The notes: generated from the sequence alone by a model not told the origin. 64,000 nt of DNA from Eledone cirrhosa (GCA_964016885.1 OZ024745.1:26040001-26104000), one strand, 5' to 3'. Positions 27,510 to 41,511 are shown, numbered from the stretch's first letter. Program-made: numbers and translations.

Positions 27510-27823
27510 GAAGGGGAGGGGCAAATTTGGTCAATTTAGTTGTAGTGATTAGTTTAGCTAAAATGGTCAGAAAACTTCGATATGCAAAAAATATATGTAC
27601 ATAAATTGTATCGCATATCCAAATAGGTGTGTGTTTTGGTAGTTTGAGGAGAGAAATATAATTATTGAGGCGGGGGAGCTCATACCCCCCCCCCCAACAC
27701 CAAGTTTCTTTGCCACTGTATATATATATATATAATTTTAAAATATTAAAGTCTGTACTTCGATCCTAATGGGTTAATATATTGAGCTTTGGTACGAAAC
27801 TGATATTATACCCAATTTCTTCA

Positions 27824-27893
<70 letters not shown>

Positions 27894-28029
27894 GGAGGTG
27901 AGTTTTATTGTAGCACAATAAAGCAATGCAAATATCGGATAAGTAGCACTCTCTATATATATATATAACTTTGATAGGTTTCGACCAGTATTGGCTCAGG
28001 CCATCTCTAACTTAATGAAACACAAAGCA

Positions 28030-28450
28030 CTATCAAACTCTCCTCCTCTCTATGTCTAGCACAAAAAACTCAAATAACAAAAACTCCCCCTCCCCCTCTG
28101 TATATCTAACATACATCACTCTCACTCTATCCGCCACTACTAAACTCACCCCCTCTCTATCTTTATAAATCCTTTCACTCTATTCATTAACACCACATCT
28201 CCCTCTTTCTATATCGATTACACGTTACTCTCTTTCAATTCCCCTCTATATATCAATTAACACCAAGTTCTCCCCTTTTCTATATCTACTACGCGGTACT
28301 CTCTTCAAATTCCTCTCTCTATATCAATAAAAATCAATCTCTCCCCCTCTCTATGTCTAATATACAACACACTCCCCCAACCTTCCTCTCTATATCAATT
28401 ACCACCAAAATCTCCCCCTCTCTATATCTATATCTTCTATCTATCTCTAC
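28030..28450. repeat. Degenerate ~40-bp minisatellite (CTCTCCCCCTCTCTATATCAATTAACACCA-like)
   Basis: About ten imperfect units visible by eye. Confidence 0.6.
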
Positions 28451-28969
28451 ATAACATGTACATAAATTGTAGCGCTTCTACAAATAGATGTGTTCTCGTA
28501 GTTTTGGGAGAAAAATATAGTTATTGGGGGTGGGGGCACGGCACGCTCCTGTATTATGTTGTGAGTATATATCTTAACATACGAGATTCATATATAACTA
28601 TGCTGCTTTATCTGTTTAGTCAAAGGACAAGCCAAGTCAAGTTGACTTGAGATGACCAAGTTTTTTTCTGTTATAGTTTATCTTGGATTACATAATAATT
28701 ATTTATTTGCTATAACGGTGATGAATGAAAAGATATTACAAGTATGAGAAATAAGCACGAAAACAATATAAAAGAAAAGAAAAGAAAAGAAAAGAAAAAC
28801 TTCTCTCAATAGGGACAACTACTTGATTTCAAACAGGTACTCCACATATCTTAAATTATCTTTTACGCCAAAGACAAGAGTTTCCTCTGCTCACTGTATT
28901 CAGGAGTATGCTCAACGCAGATCCATTCACATAGGTTCATTCATACAGACTCTTCTCAATTTCCTCGAA

Positions 28970-29390
28970 GGCAACCCCGATATCGTTGTTAAGGGCAATC
29001 AAAAAAGGAAGTGTCTTCTAATTGAAATGCCAGTCCCAACAGACAATAAAGTATCACTGAAAGAAAGTGAGAAATTGTTCATACACAAAGACCTGGATAC
29101 AGATAAAATGTTAGGAGTGCCAACAGAAATAATCTCGATAATAATGGGTGCCTTGGGAATGATTAAAACATATATAGACAAATATATAGCACCAAACCAT
29201 CTAGACAAATATATAACTCATAACTGTACGCACAGCATACAGTAAATATCACCACTACCACAATTATTATGTAGAGCAATTTGAATACGGTAGAAAATAA
29301 AACTAAACAAAACACTTCACATCCCCAATACACAAGAGCAGCACTCGTTAGTGCAGTTAAAGCACGTAAACACAATGAGATTATAGGACG
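28970..29390 (+). mobile_element. R4/Dong-like LINE endonuclease 3' remnant
   Basis: NPDIVVK...CLLIEMPVPTDNKVSLKESEKL..HKDL...IIMGALGMI, the same PD..E..K type motif as 3520-3760. Confidence 0.7.
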
Positions 29391-31641
29391 AAACTACATA
29401 AAGGTTAGATCGTCGTTCAAATTTAGATATCGTTTTATGCATTGTTCCAAGATTAAATTCATACGAGGTCACCTTTACATTTCATCCTTTTGGTTTTGAT
29501 ACAATTAGTACAAATAATATTTAATGTCGATTCATCGTACTATTCAACCTCTCCAATAAATATTTGACATTGAGTCTAATCATGGTATATCAATATGAAT
29601 TATATGATTTTTAATAAGCATATTGTTATGATAATAATATCACACTTTAGTTTTCATCGTCTCAGGCAAGTCATATTGAGCTCTCCTTTCGCTTGTAAAC
29701 TCTACTTTCGTTAATAATTATCATCGTTATATTTTACATATATTTTACAAGAGAATGCTAATATCACCGTTGCTTTGTAAAACAAAACACCTCATTCCTT
29801 AAATATGTCCCCTGCCAGCACCACGAAACCTACATAATGACCATTTTCGTCAACAACAAAATATAACCAGATATTTTAGATACACGGAAATTAATTACAA
29901 AGTCGAACTGTAGCTGTAGCTGTAAATAGATGTAAACTTTGCTAGGAGTCTTGGTACAGAAGCAAAAGTGGCCCAGTAGTTCTTTGCTTCGTATCAGAAT
30001 CCTCAATTATGTCTTTGAGAACATATGGATAAAGGTTATATAATATGATTTCAAAGAGAGGTTAAAGATTCCTATGCGTACTTAAGAAATGAAGGTTTTT
30101 TTTTTGTGCCAGGCCCCCAGCATCCCTTCACTTCATTAGTGCAAGTTAAAAAAGCATGCATTCCTTATATTAAGCCCTGGTTGATGAAATCGATAACTTT
30201 CGATAACGGAAACCTACTGTAGCTACGTGGATTGTTGTCATTTTTTACTACTCCCACCTGGCTCCGTTTAACTGGTTGCTCCTGCGGTTGAATCTCATAG
30301 GAAATATTTTAGGTACTTTTAATAATAATATCATCAATCTTCTCATGTTACCATTTACTTGGTGACTGGAAAGGAGTTTTGACCCTAGGAAGCACAGTAA
30401 CGGAACATTATCCCGTTCAACTCCAGCAATGGTTGGTACGTTATCTACTACCCCGAAAGGACGAAAGACTGTGTTGAACTCAGAGTACAAAGGGCCAGAA
30501 TAAATATCGGAAGAAATTGTGTTAGCCACTTAAACAATTCTACTAATTAGCTAAGTGGATTGAGACAATGATATTAAATAGTCTTGATTAAGAATACATA
30601 TTCGATGAGACAATCCTTCAAACAATAAATCAAGACTTAGTCTTCTCATCTAGCTGTGATTCTCAAACGTTTAATATACTTGATACAAGAATGCTGAATT
30701 TAAACTTCATTTTTATGTTTTCATCACTACCAATTTCAATTTTATTTTTCTAATTTTTTTACCACAGGAATCCACCAAATGCTTTCCATTCCTCGACTTT
30801 CACTGTTTATACCGACTTCATAAAAGTTTTTTCTCCTCTATACTTTTCTTCTAATACTTAAAGCAGAACTTCCAACTTTTAACGATTGCAGGATTTCCCT
30901 TAAAATTATAAAATAATAAAATAAGTGAATAAGAGAAAAAACAACATTGATCGAATTTCTTTTCTCTATTAGCAGACTGGAAACAACAACATTTACACAT
31001 TAACCGCAGTCGAAATAGTTTAGGGAAATAGATATCTATATGCATTCATACCTACATATAACATTCGTTCTGTAAAGCAAGATTTGCACACACATAGAAT
31101 CACACTGTCACACACACATAAACATGAGCACAACCCCTATATTGCATACACAGACGCATGTCACTTACCAATATATGCACATATTGTTGTGTGTAATTGA
31201 CCTTCTATTAACTTTCAAATCATAAAAAATAAAATCGAAAGTACTTTCTAAATATTCCTTATTTATATATTTGTACATATTATCTTTAAGTAGGTGAATT
31301 GGAAGAGTTATTAGGGAATTGGATAACATGTTTTGTAATATTTGTTCCAGAGCTCCTAGCTCAAATCATACTCAGTTCAACTTTGCTTTTCATCCTTTCA
31401 TGGTCGATAGCTAAAGTAGCAGTGCAGAATATTAGATAGGCAGACTTGTTAGAGCGCCAGAGAGATGCCTTGCGATCTTTTCTCAGCTCTTTCTGTTCTG
31501 AGACTAAATTCTGCAACTTACTTGAGTCCAACATAAAAGTAAGAGGTTGCCGAAGAAACTCTACTCCAGACATAAAGTCTAAAGTGTTGTTATTTCTTAG
31601 GAGCTATTTACATTCAAAGGTTACGGCAACATTTTCAGATT

Positions 31642-31950
31642 ATACGAGGGTAGGCTGAAAAGTTCATAAGCTGACCAGGATACTCTCATGGAATGTGACC
31701 AAATGTGGTTTAATTTTCAACATAGTCCCCGCTGCGGTCTACACCTTCTTCCATCAGTGTTGTAGCATTTGGATCCCATTCCTGTTGGTAAAAAAAATCC
31801 ATCATCAGCAGATATGTCGTCATCAATACTGCGATACTGGTTCCCAGCCAAGAAGTGTTTTTTAATGTTGGGGAACAGAGGATAGTCTGACGGGGCCAAA
31901 ATGGTGTTACTTTGGATTCTCCATGTACGACAAGCAACCCACCTTTCTGC
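31642..31950 (-). mobile_element. Mariner transposon 3' end (TIR plus transposase C-terminus)
   Basis: TACGAGGGTAGGCTGAAAAGTTC TIR after TA; LAPSDYPLFPNIKKH.LAG motif. Confidence 0.8.
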
Positions 31951-33099
31951 ATGTGTTTATTACAAATAATACTTATTGTAAGTGTTTTTTTAAGTTATTA
32001 CATTGGTCTTATCACTACGCAATTTAATTTATTGTTTTGCTTTTGGGAGACATACACAAACACATTTATCTTTTTTCATGGAAGCTAAATACGTGGTGCC
32101 CCAGCATGGCCTCAGCCGGATGGCTGGAACAGGTAAAAGAGTAAAACAGTAAAATATATATCCACGTGTAGTTGACGACCGAGAGAAAAGCGTACTCAAT
32201 ACCTGTGATAAACAAGCGAATTCCAGAGTAACAAGACTGATTTTAGTCTACTATTGTCCTCGGCAAAGTTTTATTAATATTCTTCAATAAACACAGCAAC
32301 CTATAAAACCATCATCATATTCTTAAAGATCGTAGATCACATGATTAAAAATAGTTTGGATATTTTGGATTTTAAAATCAACATATAATTTAGACAATTG
32401 TTTCTTGTCACGTTTTCTTTTATTTCAAAACAAAAGACAGGAAGAGTGTGAATTTACAAAAAACGAACGCGTATAAACATATAAAACAGATTACAATAAC
32501 CAATAAAATTATTACAATAAAAATTCCCCAATAGGGCGAGCACCACCCGGGGTTAACTTAAGAGTCTTACAGATCCTGAACCACCCTACATTTTCCAGCC
32601 TACAGGCGCATGTTCAGTGTAGGCCTATTCACTCGGGCCACCCTCGCTACATTCACCCAACCTTTAACAAATGTACGGAGGGCAGCACTTCTTTCTCCAC
32701 CCTCAAACTTCCTTTCCAAGTGGAACTTGAAAAAGATGTTTAGGGATTGGCCGAAGGGGGAATGTGTTTGTCTTCAGTCTTTTCAGTCGCGTCCACCATA
32801 CAACCTCTTTCGCCATAGCCATCAAGCAGAGGAAAACTGCTGTTGTTGTCGTTGTTGTTGCTGTTGTTGTTGCTGTTGCTATTTTTGTTGTCGTTGCCGT
32901 TGTTGTTGTGGTTGTTTTTTGTTGTTGTTGGTGAAGCTAGACGTGTTGATGATGTCTATAGTGATGGGGTAACGTTGTTATTATTAGTTTTTAGAATCAA
33001 GTCTGAATCTTTGTCATGACGCCCGTTTGTTCGTGAACATTTGGTATTTATTGGAATGTTTCATAATATTTTCTTAATTTTTTAAAGGTAAATTGCATG

Positions 33100-33700
33100 C
33101 TCTTTCTAATGTGTATCTGAAGTATTTGCCAGAAAATTGCTCCCTACACGTGCATATAACTTTTATAACTCTATTATTTCTTATAAGAAAGTAGTAACTT
33201 TTACACACATTTGGAAAATATTGATGGTGTGGTCGATAATGTCTAAATTGGTAAGAGAAACATTTTCATCGAAGGAATTTAGTTCGGAGGCATCTAGGTC
33301 TTTTTTGTTATTGTTGCTGTTTGGCGTGAAATCAGCCCCGAATGAGTAGACGTCCAGCAGTGAATAACTATTTGTTTCGTATCAACCACCGTACACCTAG
33401 AACTACATTTTCTATTTTTGCATCTATAACTACATTATCTATTTGTCCTTCGTTTTCTTTAAAACTCTTGTATATGTCGTTTTTTAGTAAAACTTGATTG
33501 CTATTTTTAGCAGCTCACTGAGATGCTTAGAGGCTCTCTGGTTAGCTCCTCATCTTTTTTTTTTTTGTTGATAAAATGTATTTAATATTTATATTCTAGG
33601 CGGGATGTAATGCATCTATTATTGGTCTGATAAAGGCTGCTCCCCTTGTTAATGTTGTTGTCATTTTCTAATCCTTGTTGAGTTGTATACTTATGTATAG
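33100..33700 (-). pseudogene. Possible highly decayed Penelope-like reverse transcriptase
   Basis: In correct order on the minus strand: IHK (33698), IRPIIDALHP (33630), LNSFDENVSLTNLDIIDHTINI (33280), FSGKYF (33135). Broken by stops, frameshifts and an intervening insertion. Confidence 0.4.
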
Positions 33701-34058
33701 TTTCCTGCTGATTTGTTGAGTACTTCTCCTCTAAATTTCGTTTCAAGTAGGTCAGTTGCAGTGTGGGATACGTTGAGCATCTGAATATTCCGATTATACT
33801 TATATGGTGACTGCATTCATATTCAAGCCTTGCCTACGTTTTTCCGTTTAACCTCTATTCTCTTTGCGTCACTATTGATCACCATCGATTACTGAGTGGA
33901 ACAGAGAACGCACATTACACTGGGTGACACTATCAGATAGGAGGTCATAGCAGTTTTCAAAAGTGCAGTGATTTAGAAGAGTTTATTACTTTTTTTATTA
34001 GACTGTTCATGTCTATTTTGCTCGCCAGCTATTGCCAGCATTGCAGATAGATTGAAAA

Positions 34059-34178
34059 TAATTGTTTCTACTTTTGGCACAAGGACAGCAATTCACCAGT
34101 GCATTACTGGTACTTTATTTTATCGACCCCGTAAGGATGAAAGGCAAAGTTAACCTTGGCGGGATTTGAACTCAGATA
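34059..34178 (-). mobile_element. 5'-truncated Nin-domain SINE
   Basis: Consensus 3' two-thirds, flanked by the duplicated AGATAGATTGAAAA. Confidence 0.8.
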
Positions 34179-35682
34179 GATTGAAAACAATGAAATTCGA
34201 AAACATATTACATTCGGTTTCCATCGCATAAATGCGATGAAACAAAGATCTATTCAGAGATACGTATCCGCTACCTAAATTTGTGTTTCTTACAAAATCC
34301 TTCTATAAGGGTTCTGTTACTACTCATGGCTTTTTGTGTTAATTTCAGATTATCCTTTTAGTTCTTTACTATGTCGTCGATCTTCCTCACGGCAAGGGCA
34401 GATAGTGGATTTGCTTTTGTAAGTGCATATGTTTAGTGCAAACAACATGACTAATCCAGCGATTTTTCTTATTCTCCATGTAGTATATATTAATTGGAGT
34501 TTCCTGTTAGACCACTTCTGTGTCTGGAGCCTTGTCTCACCATTTAATGTGTAACAGTCTGCAAAGACATTTAGCCTTAAAGTGATACCTCTGCTTAGCG
34601 TTTCTACTTAAACTGTTCTTGTCTCACCAGTATGGGGAAACACCATACCACTAATTGCTAGATATTTAGTACATTTAAAGAAACGACATTTTGCTAAAGC
34701 ATATAAACCGGCAGGTAGGTGCACGGGCCACACGCACAGAATTTGGCGGGGTGCGATATTATGATATAAATTGCTATTTTAGTTAAAATATACTGTTTTC
34801 TTTTTAAAATATGCTTCCAACACATATTTATATTTTATGAGTAACTGACTCCAAATAATGTTGATTCTTTCAATGCTAACATGCATTCTGCAGAAGAGCA
34901 AGGAGGCGAAAGAACAGAATTTAAAGAGAATGTATTTCTTTCCAAAACAAATATGTTTTACTTTGAATCCTGTGTCAGTCTTTCTGATTTTTCACTTAAA
35001 TTACATTCAACAATGTAAATATATTTAGGCTATGTGTATGATACTGTAATTTGAAGATGGAATTTTAGTTTTGAGGGTTGTTTATTTTACTACATTCCAT
35101 GATATACGGGAGTTTCGATTTACAAGTAACATTACTACACAAAATATAACTAATGAGTCTCTATGGTTGGAACGGGTGGAGCCCCATCCAGGGAGGGTTA
35201 ATCCATTACTAACCAAAGCGGATAACACTATCCCGTAACGCACAGCGTGTTAGCCAACCCTTGTAATGCCTCTGTCTAAAGGTCTTGAGTGGATATAAAT
35301 GTTTTGTCTTCTTTTTCAATAAATGCATTTTTAAATTGTCCGGTACATTCCCTACAAACCTTTATAGGATTATATGTGTCACAGGATGCAGATTAAACTT
35401 CTCTAGCTTCTAAAACTTCCTACAAATTCTGTTGAAGTATTGTCTCTTATTTCTAGCAATATGTATAGCACCCAACTTATTAGACATCCTACAAATGAGC
35501 GAATCAATTAGGAACATCTACCTTGTTAATCCATTGATATGTTCAGATCCAGAGTGTAGTGTTGGTCCTTTCAGTTCCTTAGAGGCTTAACACCACACTC
35601 TGGATCTGAGCATATGAATGAATTAACAAGGTAAAATTTATTCCAACATTATGTTTTCCTGTTTTTTCTGTTCACGTTCTGA

Positions 35683-35739
35683 CTGCCTGATGAGGTCATA
35701 GCTGTTGAATAATGGCTATCACCCAAATATATATAGCAG
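35683..35739 (+). ncRNA. Degenerate type I hammerhead motif next to inverted repeat 35519-35633
   Basis: CTGC-CTGATGA-GGTCATAGC...GCTATCACC-CAAA-TATATA-TA-GCAG. All helices form but catalytic G12 is C. Confidence 0.6.
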
Positions 35740-36499
35740 CGAATAGGAATAAACGAAACTAATTTTAACCTGTTGACTTACACTTCTTGTTTTTACATTA
35801 CTCCGGAGTAAACAGACCCACCTCGTTGAGTGCTCTAACCTGTATCGGAAAACAACCACTCCTTTTCTCCATCACGGATCCGTTATTTTCATTTTTATGT
35901 TTGTTTACTTTTGTTGATGCGAAACCACTCCAAATCACCCTTCCTGGTCCATTCTGTTAAGTGATACTCTCATAATATCCCCACGCTCAATAACAGTGTA
36001 AACCTACGCAAGTTTGATTTTACATTGGATTGTTTTTTTACAATATCAACCCTAGTCAAGGAGACTTATGCTCAAAGGTATTCCCCTTATGATCATTCCA
36101 TTTTGTCAGATATCGTATAGTTTGTCATCGTTATTTAGCTCGCAGAGCTCATTCCATTCTTTGAAGCGACACAAAAAATATGGTAGATCAATCTAATGTA
36201 AATATTGTAGCTGGAACGGATAGAGATGACTAAGTTATATGCAATTTAAAATTAACTTAAAGCCAAAATTTGAAAAGGTTTTTTCTATATTGTACTAGAG
36301 TATCTAGTCAATCTCTATATTTAAAGACTAGCTGCTTACACCTGTCTATACACAGAGGAAAATTTAGACATACTTTATCGCAGAGTATAGCAACTGGTGA
36401 ATTAGTAACGCATTGTTAATTCACCAGTAACTTATTCAAAATAGTTGCTAAGAATGTATCAAATATGAAAATCTGTCTATCTGATTTACTCACCACTTA

Positions 36500-36920
36500 G
36501 TAATAGCGGGTGTCTAGGCAGTGCACAAATAAAAGGGAAGTCATTCACTGTAGAAACACCTAAAACTATGTTGAACACGAGTTTTTCAGTGGCACAAAAG
36601 ATTCAAAGAGGGCTGCGAGAACGTGGAAGACGACTCCAGGCGCAGAAGGCGACTCCAGGAGCAGAAGGCCTTCAACATGCAGTACTAGGACCAAAGTTGA
36701 ATGCGTGTGGTAAGTGGCAATCACCGGCTGACTGTTCGACTGATCGCAAGTGAGCTGCGCATGAACCACGACAGCGTTTGAAATATTATAACCGAAGATT
36801 TGGGCATGCGGAAGATCTGCGTGAAGATGGTGCTGAAGCTGCTGAATGGTGATCAGAAGGAGCGGAGCATGCAGGTGTGTCAGAACATCGTCAAGAGTCT
36901 TGAAAGTGAACCATACCTTT
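36500..36920 (+). mobile_element. Mariner transposase N-terminal remnant
   Basis: IITEDLGMRKICVKMVLKLLNGDQKERSMQVC matches the mariner K..A.WVP..L...QK..R linker; degraded. Confidence 0.7.
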
Positions 36921-37403
36921 TCCTTTTCCTTTCTCCTAGCTCAAGAGGGTCATCAAGGGAACGAGTTTCCGGATGTATAAGCAATTAAAAGCGCCGTGAT
37001 GACGAAGCTCCGGAGAATACCGGGAGAAACCTTTTAGAAGTGCATGAAGGTGTGACGGAGAAGGACCGGAAAGTAGACTAGATTCGAGGAGAAAAGTAAA
37101 ACTTGTAGTTTGGATTTGAAATTGTTTTCTTATGTGACCCTAATCCTGTTTCTTTCTTGACACACTTCGTACATAGATGGTGGTATCAAATTCGGATCTG
37201 ATAACAAACTCCGTCATATATGTTTGCAACGCATCATATTTTAGTCATAGTAGGCTTGGCAATTTTGAAAGAGTTCCTCTGACCTCATCCATTTGCAAAA
37301 TCTCGTTTTGTTTCATGTTGATAAAATGCTATTATTCTTTCTTCAATACTCATGAGGAATATTTCAAATTTCTGTAAAAACCTTCATTATATCTGCTGTG
37401 TTA

Positions 37404-37589
37404 GGGGGATTGCAGTATCGGTAGAAGGTCGGACGCCATGCTTTGCAGTCTAGAGTTACGCCTCTTTATAGTCTGAGTTCAAATCCCGCCGAGGTTCATT
37501 TTGCCTTTCATCCATACGGGGGTCGATAAAATAAAGTACCAGTAATGTACTGGATTAATTGCTGGCCTTGTGCCAAAAGTAGAAACAAC
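37404..37589 (+). mobile_element. Nin-domain SINE
   Basis: Full consensus; flanked by duplicated TATATCTGCT. Confidence 0.85.
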
Positions 37590-38176
37590 TATATCTGCTT
37601 TGTTAATCCATAACATTGAATGGCAGGTACATGGAAACCATTAGTTTAACACAACCATCTGGTACATAGATGCATTTAGTGGAGTTGGCTTTGTTCAAAG
37701 TAATGTATATCAAATGTGGATAGATAGCTCAAGTATAATCAAAATATGTAACATTGCTTGATTCGGAGGATGGCTACGCGATCTCTTGACGGGCAGGTTT
37801 CACTACGACTAAATTATGACTAAATCTGTTCGAGAATTATTTTTCTAAATCTGTTCGAGAATTCTTTTTCTGTTGTAATAACTCTGAATCTCGTCCCAGC
37901 CTATAACCTACACATCGACACGGAGGAGCTAAGAAGGGAAGAGTACTGCTCCTACCGCCAAACATAAAAAATAAGTATTTGGTAACTTAAAACATTTTCA
38001 TAATTACCAGACAGCAAGAATACTTTCAAAATTACCAGGCAATCTACTATTGGTTATTTTCATTATACGAAGAATAAATAGCAGATATTACGAACTTTTT
38101 CAACTATTCAAAATCACGAAAGAACGTTATGAAAATTAGCTATAGCTTATAATGATTCAGTAACAACTGAGTAAAA

Positions 38177-38219
38177 GTCACTGATGATGGCTAATAAAAT
38201 TGAAACACTGGTGTCTGAT
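38177..38219 (+). ncRNA. Type I hammerhead motif with degenerate stem II
   Basis: GTCA-CTGATGA-TGGCTAATAAAATT-GAAA-CAC-TG-GTG-TC-TGAT. Core, stem III and GUC site are canonical; stem II pairs poorly. Confidence 0.55.
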
Positions 38220-39371
38220 CTCCTCTCGCAGCTGTGTCATAATCACATCTTAAATGATTTGTTGCCAGACATATATATGTTTATTATACATAAAAATATC
38301 GTATATGCCATACAAAGAGATAAATTCCTTTATAATCTAGTTTGATTAATCTATCTTAACTTTAATAAAGAAAGGAATGCGGGACTGCGTCCAGAATATA
38401 TTTTTTATCCCGTTTGTAAAAAATAAGTCGGATTACTTTGAATAAATAATGAATGAATATTACATAACTTATGTACTAAATTTCGTAACTCTTGATTTTA
38501 TTGCTTATTTAAAGATTCACTTCTTTAACTTTTCAAATGTCAACACTTCCGGTTAGCGCCCGTTATATTATAACACTTATAAAAACATCGCATACATTTC
38601 CGTCGCTAATTTTCTCCTAATACAGTTTATATATATAATATCGTCTTTTTTAAATGTATGATGGATTACTTAACTGAGTAGAGAAGAGAGTGTAACACAG
38701 ACTCTTCAATTTCTGTGGATATTGTCAATTACGATTTTATTTGACATATCATATCTACATGCATATATATTTGCGTATAATATCAATATGCACACTACAC
38801 ACGCTAGCAGAAAAACCACCAGCCGGGTGTATTTTCTGCTAGTAGACATTAATAATTGGAATAAATACAGAAGACGTGAAATTGTTTATTCTATTTTATT
38901 TTATTTCAAATTTCGTATGATATAAACAAACTTTCTTCATTAAGTCGTTCTTTTTTTCTTTCTTTTCTGAGATCTATATACACACAAACTTAATGTAAGT
39001 TAGCAGAATCCGCTCTATCCACATTCTCATCAACCTTCTGTTTGTCCGTATTTATTTCGTTATAATTGAGATACGGTAGCGTTGGTAGTGGTTTTTGTGG
39101 TGGCGGTGGTGGTGATGGATATTGGCGATGATGATGGTAATGATGATGATGATGATGATTGACGACGATGATAATGATTTCTTTCATTGTAGGTGAGACA
39201 GCTACGTTTTGGGTTGAGATGTAGACCCCCCACCCTCACCTCTCCCGAAATATCTCCTTGGCGTTTCTGTTCAATGAAATTTTCCTTTTTCTTGTCTGAT
39301 GTATGTATTTTTGTGAGTATAATTATGTATCCATGTATGTATGATGTACGTAGGTATGTATCCATGTATGC

Positions 39372-39403
<32 letters not shown>

Positions 39404-40194
39404 ATGGTGTACGTGTGTATATGCGTATGTGTGTGTGTGTGCGCGCGCGTGCGTGCATGTGAACATGTATTATATACACAGAAACATCTTCACTACGTTT
39501 TAATATTTGAAGTGGGGCAAAATCAGGAAGACGACTTGAATTTTTAATCATATATACAACACACACACACTTTATTTATATATATATATATATATATATA
39601 CATACATACACACACATATATCCATACATATATCCATACATATATATATACATATATATACATATATACATACATATATATATACACATATATACACATA
39701 TATATACACATATATACACATATATATACACATATATATACATATATATGCATATATACATATATATGCATATATATACATATATATACATATATATACA
39801 TATATATACATATATATACATATATATACATATATATGCATATATACATATATATGCATATATACATATATATACATATATATGCATATACATATATATG
39901 CATATACATATATATGCATATACATATATATGCATATATACATATATATGCATATATACATATATATGCATATATACATATATATGCATATATACATATA
40001 TATGCATATATACATATACATATATATGCATATATACATATATATGCATATATACATATATATGCATATATACATATATACATATATATGCATATATACA
40101 TATATATGCATATATACATATATATGCATATATACATATATATGCATATATATATATATATATATGTACATATATATGCATATATACATATATA

Positions 40195-40246
<52 letters not shown>

Positions 40247-40343
40247 CATATACACATATACATACACATATACATATATACATATATACATATACATATA
40301 TATATATATACATATACATATACACACACATATATATATATAT

Positions 40344-40536
40344 AGTAATAATAATATATGTGAAGACTAAAATCCAAAGAGGGCTCTATAAGGATAAATA
40401 TATATCAAGTATATAAGAACCCTAGAGCAAATATTTATTAAAATAACAGATTAAAGTTTAAGCAAAGAATCGCTGTTTTCCCGTTAAGGGTGAAAGCAAC
40501 GATTCTTTGCTTAAACTTTAATCTGTTATTTTAATA
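40344..40536 (-). mobile_element. Family B fold-back element in (TA)n (Penelope-like pLTR remnant)
   Basis: Inverted repeat 40436-40536 (TATTAAAATAACAGATTAAAGTTTAAGCAAAGAATCG and complement) plus a tail. Related pieces at 58698-58730, 58995-59047 and 62820-62908. Confidence 0.6.
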
Positions 40537-40875
40537 TATATATATATATATACATACGTATATGCTTGTGTATGTATCTACCTATGTATTTATGTGCGTG
40601 AGTGTGTGTGTGTGCGTGTGGTTTTCAACGATTATTAGCATGAGTAATAAAAAAAGCTATCTACTGTAAAGGAGAACTAATTTTAACTGCATATTGATGA
40701 CCTTATTGTCAATAATGAAAACAATAATTTATGCTGTCCATGTACAAATCAACAACATCTAGTTACTCGCATTAACTCTTAATGCTAACCCACACAAAGC
40801 CGGACCTGTTTCTATGAAACAAAACCACCCAATTTAAACTGTTCCTTTACATTAAATCAATTAAAATATCAAAAT

Positions 40876-40943
<68 letters not shown>

Positions 40944-41511
40944 CGGACTACTGAGAGTAAGTTAAACAATTTTTCAGTTTTTTTTATTGTTTTTGTTTTG
41001 ATATGCGCTGTAATTCCTGCTATTAATTTTATTTTATCTCTCACTCTTTTAAGTTGTGAAATAGACTGGTTTACGCACGCGGCTGCCGCATTCCAGCTCG
41101 CTACTATATATCGCTCTATAATAGATACTGGCATTTAATGTCCGTTAAGGTTCTTGGCGCTACCATTGTTACTATCGCTTTCCTCTAGCCATGGGACTTG
41201 GAGACATGAGCCGAATGCTACTATTCTATTATACATCAATGTGGACTGCTATTTCTAATAACCACCTTTTCACCTCTTAGTAATTTGTGTGTGAGACACG
41301 TTGGCTAAATGCTTTTGACGGGAACGAAAAGATTTGTTTTCTATTCTCCCGCCACCACGTAAAGTTTGTAAATCGGTGGCTAGTCGAGGGACAGAATTGT
41401 ATCGGATTCCAGTTGTTAATCACTTTACCGTGTCGGTTGTCACAAACAGTCATGACTGGCATGGGCTGGGGTTTGGATTCTGTCTATCGATTGGTTATTG
41501 ATTAGGCGATA

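Noticed and set aside
36394-36429. Small hairpins (ACTGGTGAATTA/TAATTCACCAGT; also about 38803-38843)
   Set aside because: Too short for pre-miRNA or MITE calls without external evidence.
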